A DNA stretch of 64,000 nucleotides from Lama guanicoe (Eukaryota): contig MU054187.1 in NCBI GenBank assembly GCA_013239625.1, forward strand, positions 16,756,941 to 16,820,940, in the 5' to 3' direction. Positions 50,644 through 61,924 of this stretch are shown here, piece after piece. Made by a program: the position numbers and the translations under genes. The notes beneath the pieces were generated by a model that was not told the DNA's origin, made no database searches, and saw only the letters and a program-made list of their open reading frames with translations. Within the stretch, counting starts at the first letter, position 1. Every line of letters begins with the position of its first letter.

Positions 50644-50721
50644 TTAGGTTGAACCACATGACATTTCCCATATTTGAACTTTTTGGTTCAAAGGATGGTA
50701 GTTTCATGTGGTTCGACGCAA
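50644..50721. mobile_element. MADE2-like mariner-derived MITE (about 80 bp)
   Basis: TIRs TTAGGTTGAACCACATGA and TCATGTGGTTCGACGCAA around a short spacer. Confidence 0.75.
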
Positions 50722-50849
50722 GGCAACGTGCATATGTGCGTGTTATTGGATACAGTTCTGTACTGTGTACCCTGTACCTTTATAGAACATACAGTTAATC
50801 AGTGTCCTCTGCAACTGACCAGTTGTTCTTAAAGAAGAGACTTCACAAA

Positions 50850-50970
50850 ATCCTAGAAAGAGAACTGAACTAGGAATTTATATTCTAGCCATGCCTCTAT
50901 CAAACCCCTTTAGGCCAGCCACACAGTTTCTCTGAGTCTTGGTTTTCTTATCGGTATCATGGAGAAGTCC
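50850..50970 (+). mobile_element. MIR SINE fragment
   Basis: TTTCTCTGAGTCTTGGTTTTCTTATCGGTATCATGG. Confidence 0.55.
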
Positions 50971-50974
50971 CATA

Positions 50975-51497
50975 GATGGCTTCAGATTGCATGTAGCAGA
51001 AACACAGCCAAGGTGATTCAGATATAAGGGGCTGCTTAATCTCAGAGAACGAGAAACCTGGAAAAGTCTCCCAGTTGCTTCAGAAGTCCAACAATGTCAT
51101 TAAAAAACCAAATCTTTTGGTCTTTCCTCTGTGTTTGATTCTCTGAGAGTTTTGGACTCAAGATTTCCGGCTCCTGAGATGATTACAGCTGCATGGTTTC
51201 TTCACACTGCAACGTCTAAAGGGCACATATCCATTCGTATAAAAGCAAAGAAAATCTTTTCTATAGGACTCTGCTAGTATCATTTTAAATCTTACTGTCC
51301 AGAATTGTATCACATGCCCATACCTAAACCAAATACAGGCAACAAGGAAAATATCATCTTCGTGTTGGATTAATTATAGGGCCACTTCCTTGAGTTCATG
51401 GATGTGAAGATGGGGAGCAACTTAACAGAATGAGGCCCAGCTAACCAGGAGAAAGGAGGAGGGTACTTATGCAAGTACCACTGATACTCTGTGCTAC
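50975..51497 (-). mobile_element. MLT1J/K-type MaLR LTR
   Basis: TTCAGATTGCATGTAGCAGAAAC...CAATGTCATTAAAAAACC...TCCAGAATTGTATCACATGCCCATACCTAAACCAA. Confidence 0.7.
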
Positions 51498-52729
51498 CCT
51501 GATTTATGTGATGGTACAATGATAAAGACATAGGGAAAATTAAACAGTAAAGAAATTGAACTTAAATATTCTTCTGACATATGTAGCAGAGTACTGGCAA
51601 AATAGGGTACCTAAAGGTGAAATGATACAGAAATAATTCATGTGTAGACATGTGCAATAAATAAATGTGGTTATTTAAAAATATGGCTATTGGTCATGGA
51701 AAATAGAGTTGTGTAAGTTGTATGTGATGATGTGGGAATGTGGGAAAACTTTAAATTCATGGGTAAGATATTTTGGAGAATAGCAAGATTTCAAAAACAT
51801 TTGGCTAAATACTGAATTTTCTGTAATTTCAAGAATTAAAAAACAATTCTTGGATAAAACGTGAGTTGACTGAATGCCTAACAGTAAACTTAAAACTCAT
51901 TGCGTTTATTGATTTTTACTTAAGGAACTAATATTTACAGATGTCCAAATCACAATTGTCCTGAAGACAATGTAATGAATATACAATGAGATTTTTGATA
52001 TTCATTTCCAATAGATTCAGAGATAAGAGTCTGTCAACTCTGGGGAAATATTTTTCTGAATTATAAAAATTTGAAATGTAAGTATATAAAATATTTAGGA
52101 ATGACATGTTTAATATTTTAGATTGTCCCAGGGAAACTGAAAAGCATGAGAAACAAAAATATAAAAGTATATTTGTACTATGATTAAAGTTATAGTTTAA
52201 TATAAGTGTACTTAAAAAATGGAATGACTTTAGTTTTACGAGTTTGCTTTGTAAGAAATTGGCAACTTTTAGGTGTTGATATCTGAAATACTGATGAATT
52301 AAACAGCAAGGTTCGGGTTAGTCATTAATTTCTACTTTACACAATAACCAAAGAGAAGCCCAACAGGTACCTGGAATATAATTAAAGTTACTTTAAGCCA
52401 GCAAATTCCTCTGTTTAGACAGGGTTGAGAGCTTCAGGAGCAACTGAATTGGGGAAATCTTTTCTTAAGTGAATGCTCTGACTTCATTGTCATATGGCAT
52501 AGTTTCTTTATATCAAAATCCTTTTCTGGGGGGAGGTAAGAAATGAATGTACTAGAACTTTAAAACTCTATTTAGAATAATTTTGTTTAAGAATGAAATT
52601 ATCCATTTCAAAAGAAAACAGAGTGTGCACAAGTCTCATTGGCATAATCCACTATTATTTGAATCTGGTGGTGCAGAAAGGAAAGGAAGGAAGGGAGGAA
52701 GGAAGGAAGACATGAAATAAATGGTATTT

Positions 52730-52960
52730 TTTATTCATTCATCCTACAAAACTATATTGACTGCACACTTTGAGTGAATCATCTGACCAGGTGCTGTGGG
52801 TAATAACAAAGCAGAATAAAGATGCTAAATAAAATAGATTAAAACAATACTCATACAAGGCAGTATGGAATAAACGCTGTGTGGAATAAAACAATGAGCC
52901 CTAATACCAATCACGGGTAGATTTCGCCTGTGATGAGCTTTCAAAGGTCTAGAATAAAAT
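52730..52960 (-). mobile_element. L2 3' end, preceded by a (GGAA)n tract at about 52677-52708
   Basis: TTATTCATTCATCC...TATTGACTG...CCAGGTGCTGTGGG. Confidence 0.55.
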
Positions 52961-54898
52961 GAGTAAAACTGAATACCATGTGGTATACATATTGGTGCAA
53001 AATTATAAATAGTTCCTTTTAATTTAAAATTATGTTCCTTCTGTATTTTGGGAGTTAAAATGTCGTATCTTAAATAAAATGATGACTTTAAAAGTTCTTC
53101 TCACCTGAAAAAAAATATTAGCTATACCAGGCTCTGAATTTGTTTTCTGGACTTACTAGCCTATGAAATTTGAGCGTTTGGAACAACTATTACAGACCCA
53201 GAACTTGGGGGTTGAGTTTAGGATATTCTGTTTGAGTGAAATAATAAAACTTTCTGGTTCAAGAGGAATTAGGAACTTTCCCCTTTCCGGTATCCTGCCA
53301 TCCTTTTCACATACTCAATCCTGGGAATAGATAATTCTTCATAAGATGCAGGCAAGAGATGTCCGTGAATGCAAGAATGTACGTATGTACGCAGAGGTAA
53401 TGCAGGCTAGGGGTGAAGAGGGAGTTGGCAATTAATTGTTTGGATTGTGAAATGCTATTCTTTAAGCAAAATAAATAGAAAGAACTGATATGGTGATAAT
53501 TGAGTTTGTATGTTCAACATACTGGGGGTTAAATTTTATAGAAAAGTCTCTCTATAGATGATCTACAATCATTTTATTGAATTAAGTGTACTTTGAGAAA
53601 TCAAGATAATTTTTTTAAAGGAAAATGTGCTTAACAAGTATGCTGGTTATGCCTTGAAGCAGAGGTACAAGAAGATCATTCTTTTTGAAAACTTCACTTG
53701 AGATGGTAACACAAAATAACCTGTGCATATTGCTTGAGAATAATATTGCTTGAGAAAATTTGGCTTTCTTAATTGGTTACTCTATCATATACATAGTTTC
53801 AGTCTCAAAGGGAAAATATTTGTAGTGTCATTCCGAAGACCGATATTTTTTGGTGTTACTCTGAAGACGCCTATTGAAGGGTTCAAATGAAAATGCCAAA
53901 CTGGGACAGAGGAAATCAGCATAACAGCGACAACGACAGTAATAAAATTATTTATAAATAAATAACAAAATTACCAACATCATTGATTGCTATCAATTTG
54001 ATAACAACTTTCTGTGTTTTGCCAGCAAGGAAACAGTAAGTAGCCTGTACTGTGTCAGACAGAACGTGAGTCCTGGGTAGTGAATGACTTGAGAAAAAAT
54101 AAATTACACAGTCTAAACCTTCTTTTGAAAAAAATAGCGTTGGTACTAGGAAACCTCTAAGATTAATTTTGAGGTTGCAAAGGTCTTACTTAATTTTTGC
54201 TTCAAAGGGGTTTCTTTCTAACGTTCTTTGAAGATACGACCTTTTGCTCGCAATGCAACAAAGTTAATTAAACTCACGTATTTTACATGCTAATTTGAAA
54301 CTCCGGTTGAAATTTATCGCATCTGAAGTAGAAGGAGCACAAATAGTTAAATGAGTTTGATCAAATTTCTGGATTGTTTACAGAGCAGAGTCTAGGGAAA
54401 TAACCTTTCATTGCCTGTGGTGCAGTACATGTTGAAAATTAATACTTTAAAATAAGTTACAGCAAGAGTACTAAATACCATTGTGTATGTAGTTGGGAGA
54501 AGAAAGCGCTCCTTTGATTTTGTTGTAGAAAGAATAAAAATAAATGTCTCCCTTCAGATTATAAAAACCCGTGGGTGGAGGCTGACATAGTGCAAAGTGC
54601 AGAAAGAATTTTTAACCTGCAAGGTTTGCCTAGTCTCTCATCTGTGTAACTATAGGAAGCCATTGCGGCAAATGGTTCAATTATTTGGCAAAATTGTTAT
54701 GGACCTTATTATTCACGTATCAGCAGGTGTTCTACCAGCAGGAGAAACTGAAACCACTCTTCGAAATAACATAAAGCACTACCCATGATTTATTCGGGCA
54801 AGAGAATCTCAGCAGATGATAATGTGTGTAGAATTATATCCCTTTCCCTTAATGTAGATATGTCTATATTACCTCTAAAAATCATTGTCTGTTTTTGG

Positions 54899-54954
54899 AT
54901 GTGTGTGTGTGTGTGTGTGCGCGCGCGCGCGTGAGCACACATGCATGCATGCGT
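54899..54954. repeat. Compound (GT)n(GC)n microsatellite
   Basis: GTGTGTGTGTGTGTGTGTGCGCGCGCGCGCGTG then GCACACATGCATGCATGCGT. Confidence 0.95.
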
Positions 54955-55309
54955 TTATGTCCAATACATGTAGGTGAGGTAATCAAAAGGTAAAATAACT
55001 ATAAGGTGAGGTAATTAAAAGTTAGAACAAAGTGGGGAAAGGAGAAAGGAAGTGTATTTGTGTTGGATTTTCCCATTTTTTTCAATAGCAAGGAGTCAAT
55101 ACTTGCCCCAAAATATCATTCTTTGAAAAAAATGTAAGTAATTCTTATAGGGTCAAGGTTTATATGCTATCCATTTTGTGGTATAAACATGATCCCCGTG
55201 ATTCTTTAGAATTAGATCTCTGTTTAATTGGATTCCACGTTTACCATATAGTTAGTCTTTTTAACAATGATTTAACAGTTTTAGAGTTTTGAAAGTTTTG
55301 CTTTTTCTT

Positions 55310-55760
55310 CTTGTTGAAAAACTATTCATGATCCATTAGCTTTTTTCCCCCCCCCTCTGGATTTATCTGTGCTCTATTCACCGGACTCTAGGTTATTTTC
55401 TATTTGAGAAGATCGATCTACTGCCATCAGAACTGAAGGACAGCTTGGTAAGGCATACCATTCTTTGCTCACTCTCGCCATCTGAAGTGTAGGTGTGCTC
55501 AGATGCTGTGGGCACCACCCTTCCACCTTGTGGTTCTCCCTGGATGCTGCTGTGGAAACATCTGGCACCCAGTTCATCTTTCTCTCTCGTGGAAGCCTTT
55601 CCCTTACGGTCTGGATTCTTACATGGGGCTTTATTCTTGAAGTTCCACAAGAACTTCAAAAACAGAGGTCTTGCTGAGAGAATTCTGTATCTGCTTTTCC
55701 TGGACTTGGTTCACTCTTCGGTGCAGATTCAAATTTTTCTTTATTTCAGAAAAAAATATG
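55310..55760 (-). mobile_element. Ancient L1/HAL1 ORF1 remnant
   Basis: Minus-strand translations SEIKKNLNLH-RRVNQV, KFLWNFKNK and SEQRMVCLTKLSFSSDGSRSIFSN resemble L1 ORF1p motifs (NLQIERAHRV, VKLLNFKDKE, PRILYPAKLSF). Confidence 0.65.
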
Positions 55761-56194
55761 TTCTCGTATATAATCCAATGTATATTTTAAACTGTTATGT
55801 ATTTTCTTATTTGGAGACACCCTGGATGAATATGCGGGTTTCCTTTTTCTGATTTCTGTATATGTAGTTGTCTTAATTATATTTTTCAGCAAAGGTGGTA
55901 TGGAACGTATACTGAAAAATGAGTCTCTGCTTATGTTAGGTTGATCTTTCCAACTGCACACTGGATCATGTTCCTTTCTTTTTCATTAGCTTCCAACAGC
56001 TAACCAACATCCCTGGGGTGCAGCTGTAATTTTTAACACAAACTCACCATCTCTTTTTTTAGCCTCATTTCACAGCCTTCTCCCCAAGATATCTACATAA
56101 GCCCCATTACTTACGGGTGTCCATATATGCTGTGACCTTTTTTCTTTGGTCTCTATGAATAGTTACCGCTGTATATCAGATACACGTTTCCTGT

Positions 56195-56640
56195 TTAATT
56201 TTTAAGTAGAATTTTTATTTTGAGGAATGTTTAAAAGCACATTAAATTTAAAAACAATATGGCAAACATCTTTACATTCTTCACACAGGATTAGCTATTG
56301 TGAATATTTTATCATACTCTGTTTACATATCGCTTTAAGAAGTGAAATAAAAATTACAGATAAAGATGATGTCCTGTTTTTTCCTCATCGCATGCCAGCC
56401 CAGTCCCTCTCCTCGTTTCTTCTTGTCCCATTTTCATGCATCCTTGATTATTCATTTGATGTGTATCCTTTCAATCCTTTAAATTGTGTAAGTATGTGCA
56501 TATGTGGGTGGACCAAGGACATACCCAGTATTGCTTTGCTTTTTAAATATTATATAAATGATATCTAATTATATAAAACCCTGCAAGTTGCTTTATTTAA
56601 TCAAATCATGTTTTTGAGAGTTACTGATAATATCCTATTT
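56195..56640 (-). mobile_element. L1ME-type 3' UTR fragment
   Basis: TATATAAATGATATC...CTGCAAGTTGCTTTATTTAATCAAATCATGTTTTTGAGA. Confidence 0.6.
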
Positions 56641-57769
56641 CTCTTGAACTTTCATTTTATTAATTTATTATTAAAGCTTTACAAAATCTGGGAAACTATA
56701 TTTAGGTCTAAAATACTTTATATCATTATAGTAAAATATATATAGTTAGCTGCTTTACCATTACTACAGGATTCTATTAGAATAAACAAATTACTCTTTT
56801 AAATGACTCTCCTTTATCTCTGAAGAAGAACTTTAAGAACAATGGAATATATCTGGGTATCACCTGTACATTGTTTCTTAAAATTTTCACTTGAAATGAA
56901 CCTTTTTTTCCTGTAAAATAAGATTTAAAATCATTAAAAACAATACTGGTGCTGAGCTCTAGAAGTTTGAGGGAGAATGATTAATTTAAGAGATAAATGC
57001 CCTTGTAATAATTTCTCACAGCCTTTTGTTTTGTCTTATTTAATTGTGTCCCACTGAAGACCCATCTGAGCGTATGTATGAAGAAAGAGAAATTATTTAT
57101 ACAATTGCAGGGACCTACGTGTATGTGCGGCACACACCTACTGAGTTAGTCCGTGATTTCTGCAGTGGGAAAAGAGTGAGCTCAACTCGTATCCAATTAA
57201 AAATGAAACTCCCCAAAGAAATATGCATAGTATTAAATTTTAGTTTTTCATAAGTGTAATGAAAATTAAATAACTAAATTAGTATATACACTCTGGAGTT
57301 CATCTATCCATCAAAATAATTGTTTTTCTTCCTCTTTATTACTTCAGTAATCAGTCTCTGGTAACCAACTGGCTTAGTATGTCAGTGAAGCATATACTTG
57401 AAATGTTTTTTTTTTTTCCTACAATGAACTGATGTAGTTTTATGCTAATTCAGTGCCTCTCACCAATCAGTCCAATTAATACATTGATGTTGAGGGAAAC
57501 TTCGGCAGATTCCAGGGCCAGTATCTGTTGTCAGGTACACAAGGATTTTAGGTAGCTAGCAGTGTGCATTCCTCCAAACCCTACAGCAGGGTATTTACTT
57601 CTCTCTACCCCTACAATAAGAACTCTGTTGCCAGAACCACATCTTCTATTTGCAAGTTCTACTATCCTAGGATGTCAGTCATCTGGTCAATGTAGAGCTT
57701 AGGGGTATCATGCTTATGGGTTTGTAGCTCCTACCTGTTGGTTAGTCTCTTCTATCCAATGGCCTAGAC

Positions 57770-58016
57770 CAGCTTTTTTCAGTCTCAGCACTATGGCCAT
57801 TTGAGGCTGGATAATACTTTGTTGCAGGTGTTGGGTGAGGGCAAGGGGACTGTCCTGTGTTTAATAGGATGTTTATAAGACTCTGTGACTTTTACTCCCC
57901 AGATGACAGTAACACCTCCTCACTCCCAGTTATGACCAACAAAATGTCTTCAGGCATAACTAAATGACTCCTGGGAGGGGAGGGGAGGCAACATTGGCTC
58001 CAGTTGAGAACCATAG
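57770..58016 (+). mobile_element. MER20 hAT-Charlie element, full length
   Basis: CAGCACTATGGCCATTTGAGGCTGGATAAT...CTGTCCTGTG...TCCAGTTGAGAACCA; 8-bp flanks GCCTAGAC and TCCTAGAG (6/8). Confidence 0.9.
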
Positions 58017-58284
58017 TCCTAGAGAGTGCTACCATCTGCTACTATCTCTCAATCTAGTCTTACATCTTTGGGCAAAAGTCATATTTGGAATATATTTAAA
58101 TTTGATCTTTGAGGCCAGGTTGCTTCTACTGATTTGGGCTAAATTTATATACAGGAGTGTATCATTTTATATAGTATTTTATTTGAAATAAAAAAATCAA
58201 ATATATATTTCTATTCTCGAGTCCCACTTCCAAAAAGTGAATTTAAACTTTTTTAGCTGATTCTTTTATTTCTCTTCATATTTC

Positions 58285-58480
58285 CAAAATCAGAAGAGTG
58301 GCACTGCATGAGATAAAACTGAAAATATGGCTTTGTGCTTTTGGAAATAGTGGAGCAGTGAGAACACAACCATTAGAGTTTGGAAAGCTGGCATCCTTGT
58401 TACGCCAAAGAATAATATTTAGTAGAACTGTTGCTTGTGATACATTGAAAGACGTATAAACAATGGACTACATCAGATCT
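58285..58480 (+). mobile_element. MaLR (MLT1) internal-sequence 5' fragment
   Basis: CAGAAGAGTGGCACTGC...AAACTGAAAATATGGCTTTG...TGGAAAGCTGGCATCCTTGTTA...AGAACTGTTGCTTGTGA resembles the start of MLT1-int. Confidence 0.55.
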
Positions 58481-59988
58481 AAATCACTGATAATGTTGCA
58501 TGTGATTTCTTAATATTTTTGTATAGAGGTGGTGAATATAAGTAAGCTTATTTGTAAAGTTTTCTCTGCAAGTAGCTTGCAATATTAGTTGAGTAAGAGT
58601 TGGATAGTTTGGGATCTCAAAGTTTAAAAAAAAAAAACAGCCAACTGATTCTATTTCACCAACTGAAGCAAGTATATTGTTCAGCCAGTAACATGTGCTC
58701 AAAGATCATCAGAGTGGGGCTGACTTCTCACTCAAGCCTGCTGTTTCACAAGAATTGAGAAGACAGTAAAACAGATTGTCAAGAATAGGAGAGAGATGGG
58801 AAATGCTCCTATACTTCAGTAATGCTGATCAGATCTGATTTCCCTATAATCATGACTTTGCTACTAGAGCCAAATGGATGGGCAAGAAAGAAGAACTGGA
58901 ATTGTTCCTAGAATAATTTTTCCTCCTGGGAAGTAAAGCAAAATGTATCTGACTTCTGTGAAAACGTGTGAAATACCTAATAAGTGCCCCTACCTTTTCC
59001 ATCTATATCAGAAATCTTAATTCAAAATATGAAATCAAGACGGGAAATTTTTTAAAATACTTGAAAATAAAAACTTCAAACTTTATGGAAACAAAGCTAA
59101 AAATGAAAGGAGATGAAAGTTTATATAGTTCTCCCTGCATTTTTCAACTACATAAGACACTTTAAATATATTATTTTGGTTTGCCATTGAATCACACTAG
59201 AAGTGAGATTGACAATGAAATCTCTGGATGTGGTCAGTGATAAACCCTCATTCATTGTAGAACAGTATATTGATAATTTAGCTTCCAATAAAAAAATAGA
59301 AAATTTTGCTCCAGATTTACCAACTGGATGAAATTTGAATAATTTTAGTGACTTTATATGCCAATTTGGCTCTAAGCTGTTTTCATGGGGAATGAAATTA
59401 TTATGTAATAGCTAAATCTCACATAATACTAGCTGCAATATTACTATTATAACTGTTTTTCTCATAAAAAGCTCCAAGTATTTTTTAAGTATTATTGCTA
59501 ACAATTGCAGACTTAATGCATATTCTTAAAGAATCTCTGAAGAAGAGTTCCTAAAAATTAGAGAAACTTGCATCTATCTGCATACTAGATGACCAATAAT
59601 GGTCCAGAATAATGTATTTTAAGAGTTATAAACATACAACCATATATTTAATACCAATGCACATAACCTGTTAACAGTTAATATGTGAATCCAGGGGGAA
59701 CATGTAAATAAGATTATTGCACTTTTCGTCATACTCAATGTCTCTAACCACTTGTCAGAAGTATTAAAATGTAACTTGACTATATCACACAAGGAAAATA
59801 AAGTAAAATATTAAAGTAAGTCTGTTTGGAATAACTTTAAACTTTCTTTTCGCTTGGCAGAGTCTTACTTCCATATTAAAGTTCCAGTTAAAAATTCTGC
59901 TTCTCATTGATTAACTTCAGTAATTACGCTCTTTTCAATTCTCTTTTTCCTTACACTCCCTGGTATGGTTTGACATAATTTTATCATA

Positions 59989-60010
<22 letters not shown>
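59989..60010. repeat. (TG)11 microsatellite
   Basis: Read directly from the sequence. Confidence 0.95.
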
Positions 60011-60019
<9 letters not shown>

Positions 60020-60094
60020 TCTTTTCTGCACATATACAATATGAAGGTTACACATTATTTTATTTATGAGCATACTGAAACTATGAACTTTTTC

Positions 60095-60430
60095 TATCAT
60101 TTCCTGCAAGACAAGGACTCTGTGACTTTCTCTAGCCAATGGCTTCGTGAATGGCAGTAGTATCTGTCACTTACTGGTTGGAAGATTTAAGAACTGGCTA
60201 TGGAACCCTATGTTATTTCTTTCCTGAGTCTAGACATCATAAAAGTCTCATGTTAAGATGACTGCATCTCAGAATAAAAGGGACCTGGATTCTTGAGCCA
60301 CTGGAAGTGGGAGAATCTCCACCAAACACATTGAGTTTGCATGAATAAGAAATAAAATTCTAATGTGTTAAGCTATTGAAATTTGTGGATTTCTTTTCAT
60401 GGTGGTCCTCATACGCTTCATTATCCCTGC
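60095..60430 (+). mobile_element. MLT1J-like MaLR LTR
   Basis: TGTGACTTTCTCTAGCCAATGG...TGTCACTT...CCTGGATTCTTGAG...AAGAAATAAAATTCTAATGTGTTAAGCTATTGAAATTT. Confidence 0.75.
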
Positions 60431-60577
60431 TTTCCAAGTATCTTCCTATATTCTCAATTTCTTATCTACCACATAGTAATTGCTTAAAGGATGTAAATAA
60501 TAATGATAATAAATAATTTTTGGAAACTTTAAAAAAACTATTAGAATGAAATATTATTCTTTAACTGTTTCAATATG

Positions 60578-61922
60578 TTTTCTTTCAGTTTTATTGAAAT
60601 ATAATTGAAGTACAGCATAATGATTTGACTTATGTACATTATGAAATGATTGCCTCATTAAATTTAGTGGATGTCCATCATCTCATATAGATACAAAATC
60701 AAAGAAAAAGAAAAAAAATATTTTTCTGATGATGAGAAGTCTTTGGATTTATTCTTTTAACAACTTTCATATATAACAAATGCCAGTGTTAACTATATTA
60801 ATCATATTGTACATTACGTCCCTAGTACATGTTTATCTTATAACTGGAAGTTTGTTCCTCTTAATTTCCCTCATCTATTTCAATCACCACCCCACCCTCT
60901 TCCTCTTTGGCAACCATCTCTTTGTTTTAACTATAACTGTTTCTGTTGTGTCATATTTGTTTTGTTTTTGTTCATTTGTTTTGGTTTTAAATTCCACATA
61001 TAAGTGAAATCATATGGTATTTGTCTTTCTCTGTCTGGCTTATTTTACTTAGCCAATACTGTCTAGATCCATCCTTGTTGTCACAAATGGCAAGATTTCA
61101 TTCTTTTTTATGGCTGACTAATATTTCATTATATATGTACACACACCACATCTTTATCTATTCATCTATTAATGAACACTTAAGTTGCTTCCTTTCTTGG
61201 TTATTGTGAGTAATGCTGAAATGAACATACGGATTCATGTATCTTTTCAAATTAATGTTTCTGTTTTCTTTGGAAAAATACCCAGAAGTGGAATTGCGGA
61301 TCATACAGTAGATCTAATAACTTTTTGAGGAAACTCCATACTGTTTTCCATAGTGGCTGCACCAATTTACATTCCTACCAACAGTGCGTGGCGTTTCCCT
61401 TTCCTCCTCGTCACCCACACTTTGTATTTGTGGTCTTTTCGATGATAACCATTCTGATAGGTGTGAGGTAATATCTCCTGTGGTTTTTATGTGCATTTAC
61501 TTGCTGATTAGTGATGCCGAGCATCTTTTCATGTGCTTGTTGGTCATCTGTGTGTCTTCTCTGGAAAAATGCCTATATGGGTCTTCTGCCCATTGTTTAA
61601 TTAGATTGTTCGACTTCTGAAATCGAGTTGTATGAGTTCTTTGTTTATTTTGGATATTAACCCCTTACTGGATATATTGTTTGCTACTGTCTTCTTCCAT
61701 TCAGTAGTCTGCTTTTTGTTTTGTTAATAGTTTCCTTTTCTGTGCAAAAGCTTTTTAGTTTGATATAGTCTCATTTCTTTCTATTTGCTTTTCCCCCTTG
61801 CCTGAGGAGATAAATCCAAAACATAGTGTAAACACTGATGTCAAAGAGCATACTACTTGTGTTTTCTTCTAGGAATTGTACGATTTCAGGTCTTTTACGT
61901 TTAAGTCTTTAATCCATTCTGA
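60578..61922 (-). mobile_element. L1 (L1MA9-like) 3' 1.3 kb including a decayed ORF2 C-terminus
   Basis: Antisense L1: TTTTATTGAAATATAATTG...TTCCACATATAAGTGAAATCAT...CCCAGAAGTGGAATTGC...GTGCAAAAGCTTTTTAGTTTG; ORF 61314-61496 is a frameshifted ORF2 piece. Confidence 0.92.
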
Positions 61923-61924
61923 AT

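Noticed and set aside
57044..57253. ORF with an exon-like segment (DPSERMYEEREIIYTIAG...)
   Set aside because: Weak acceptor, non-ATG start and no recognised homology; may instead be non-coding conserved sequence.
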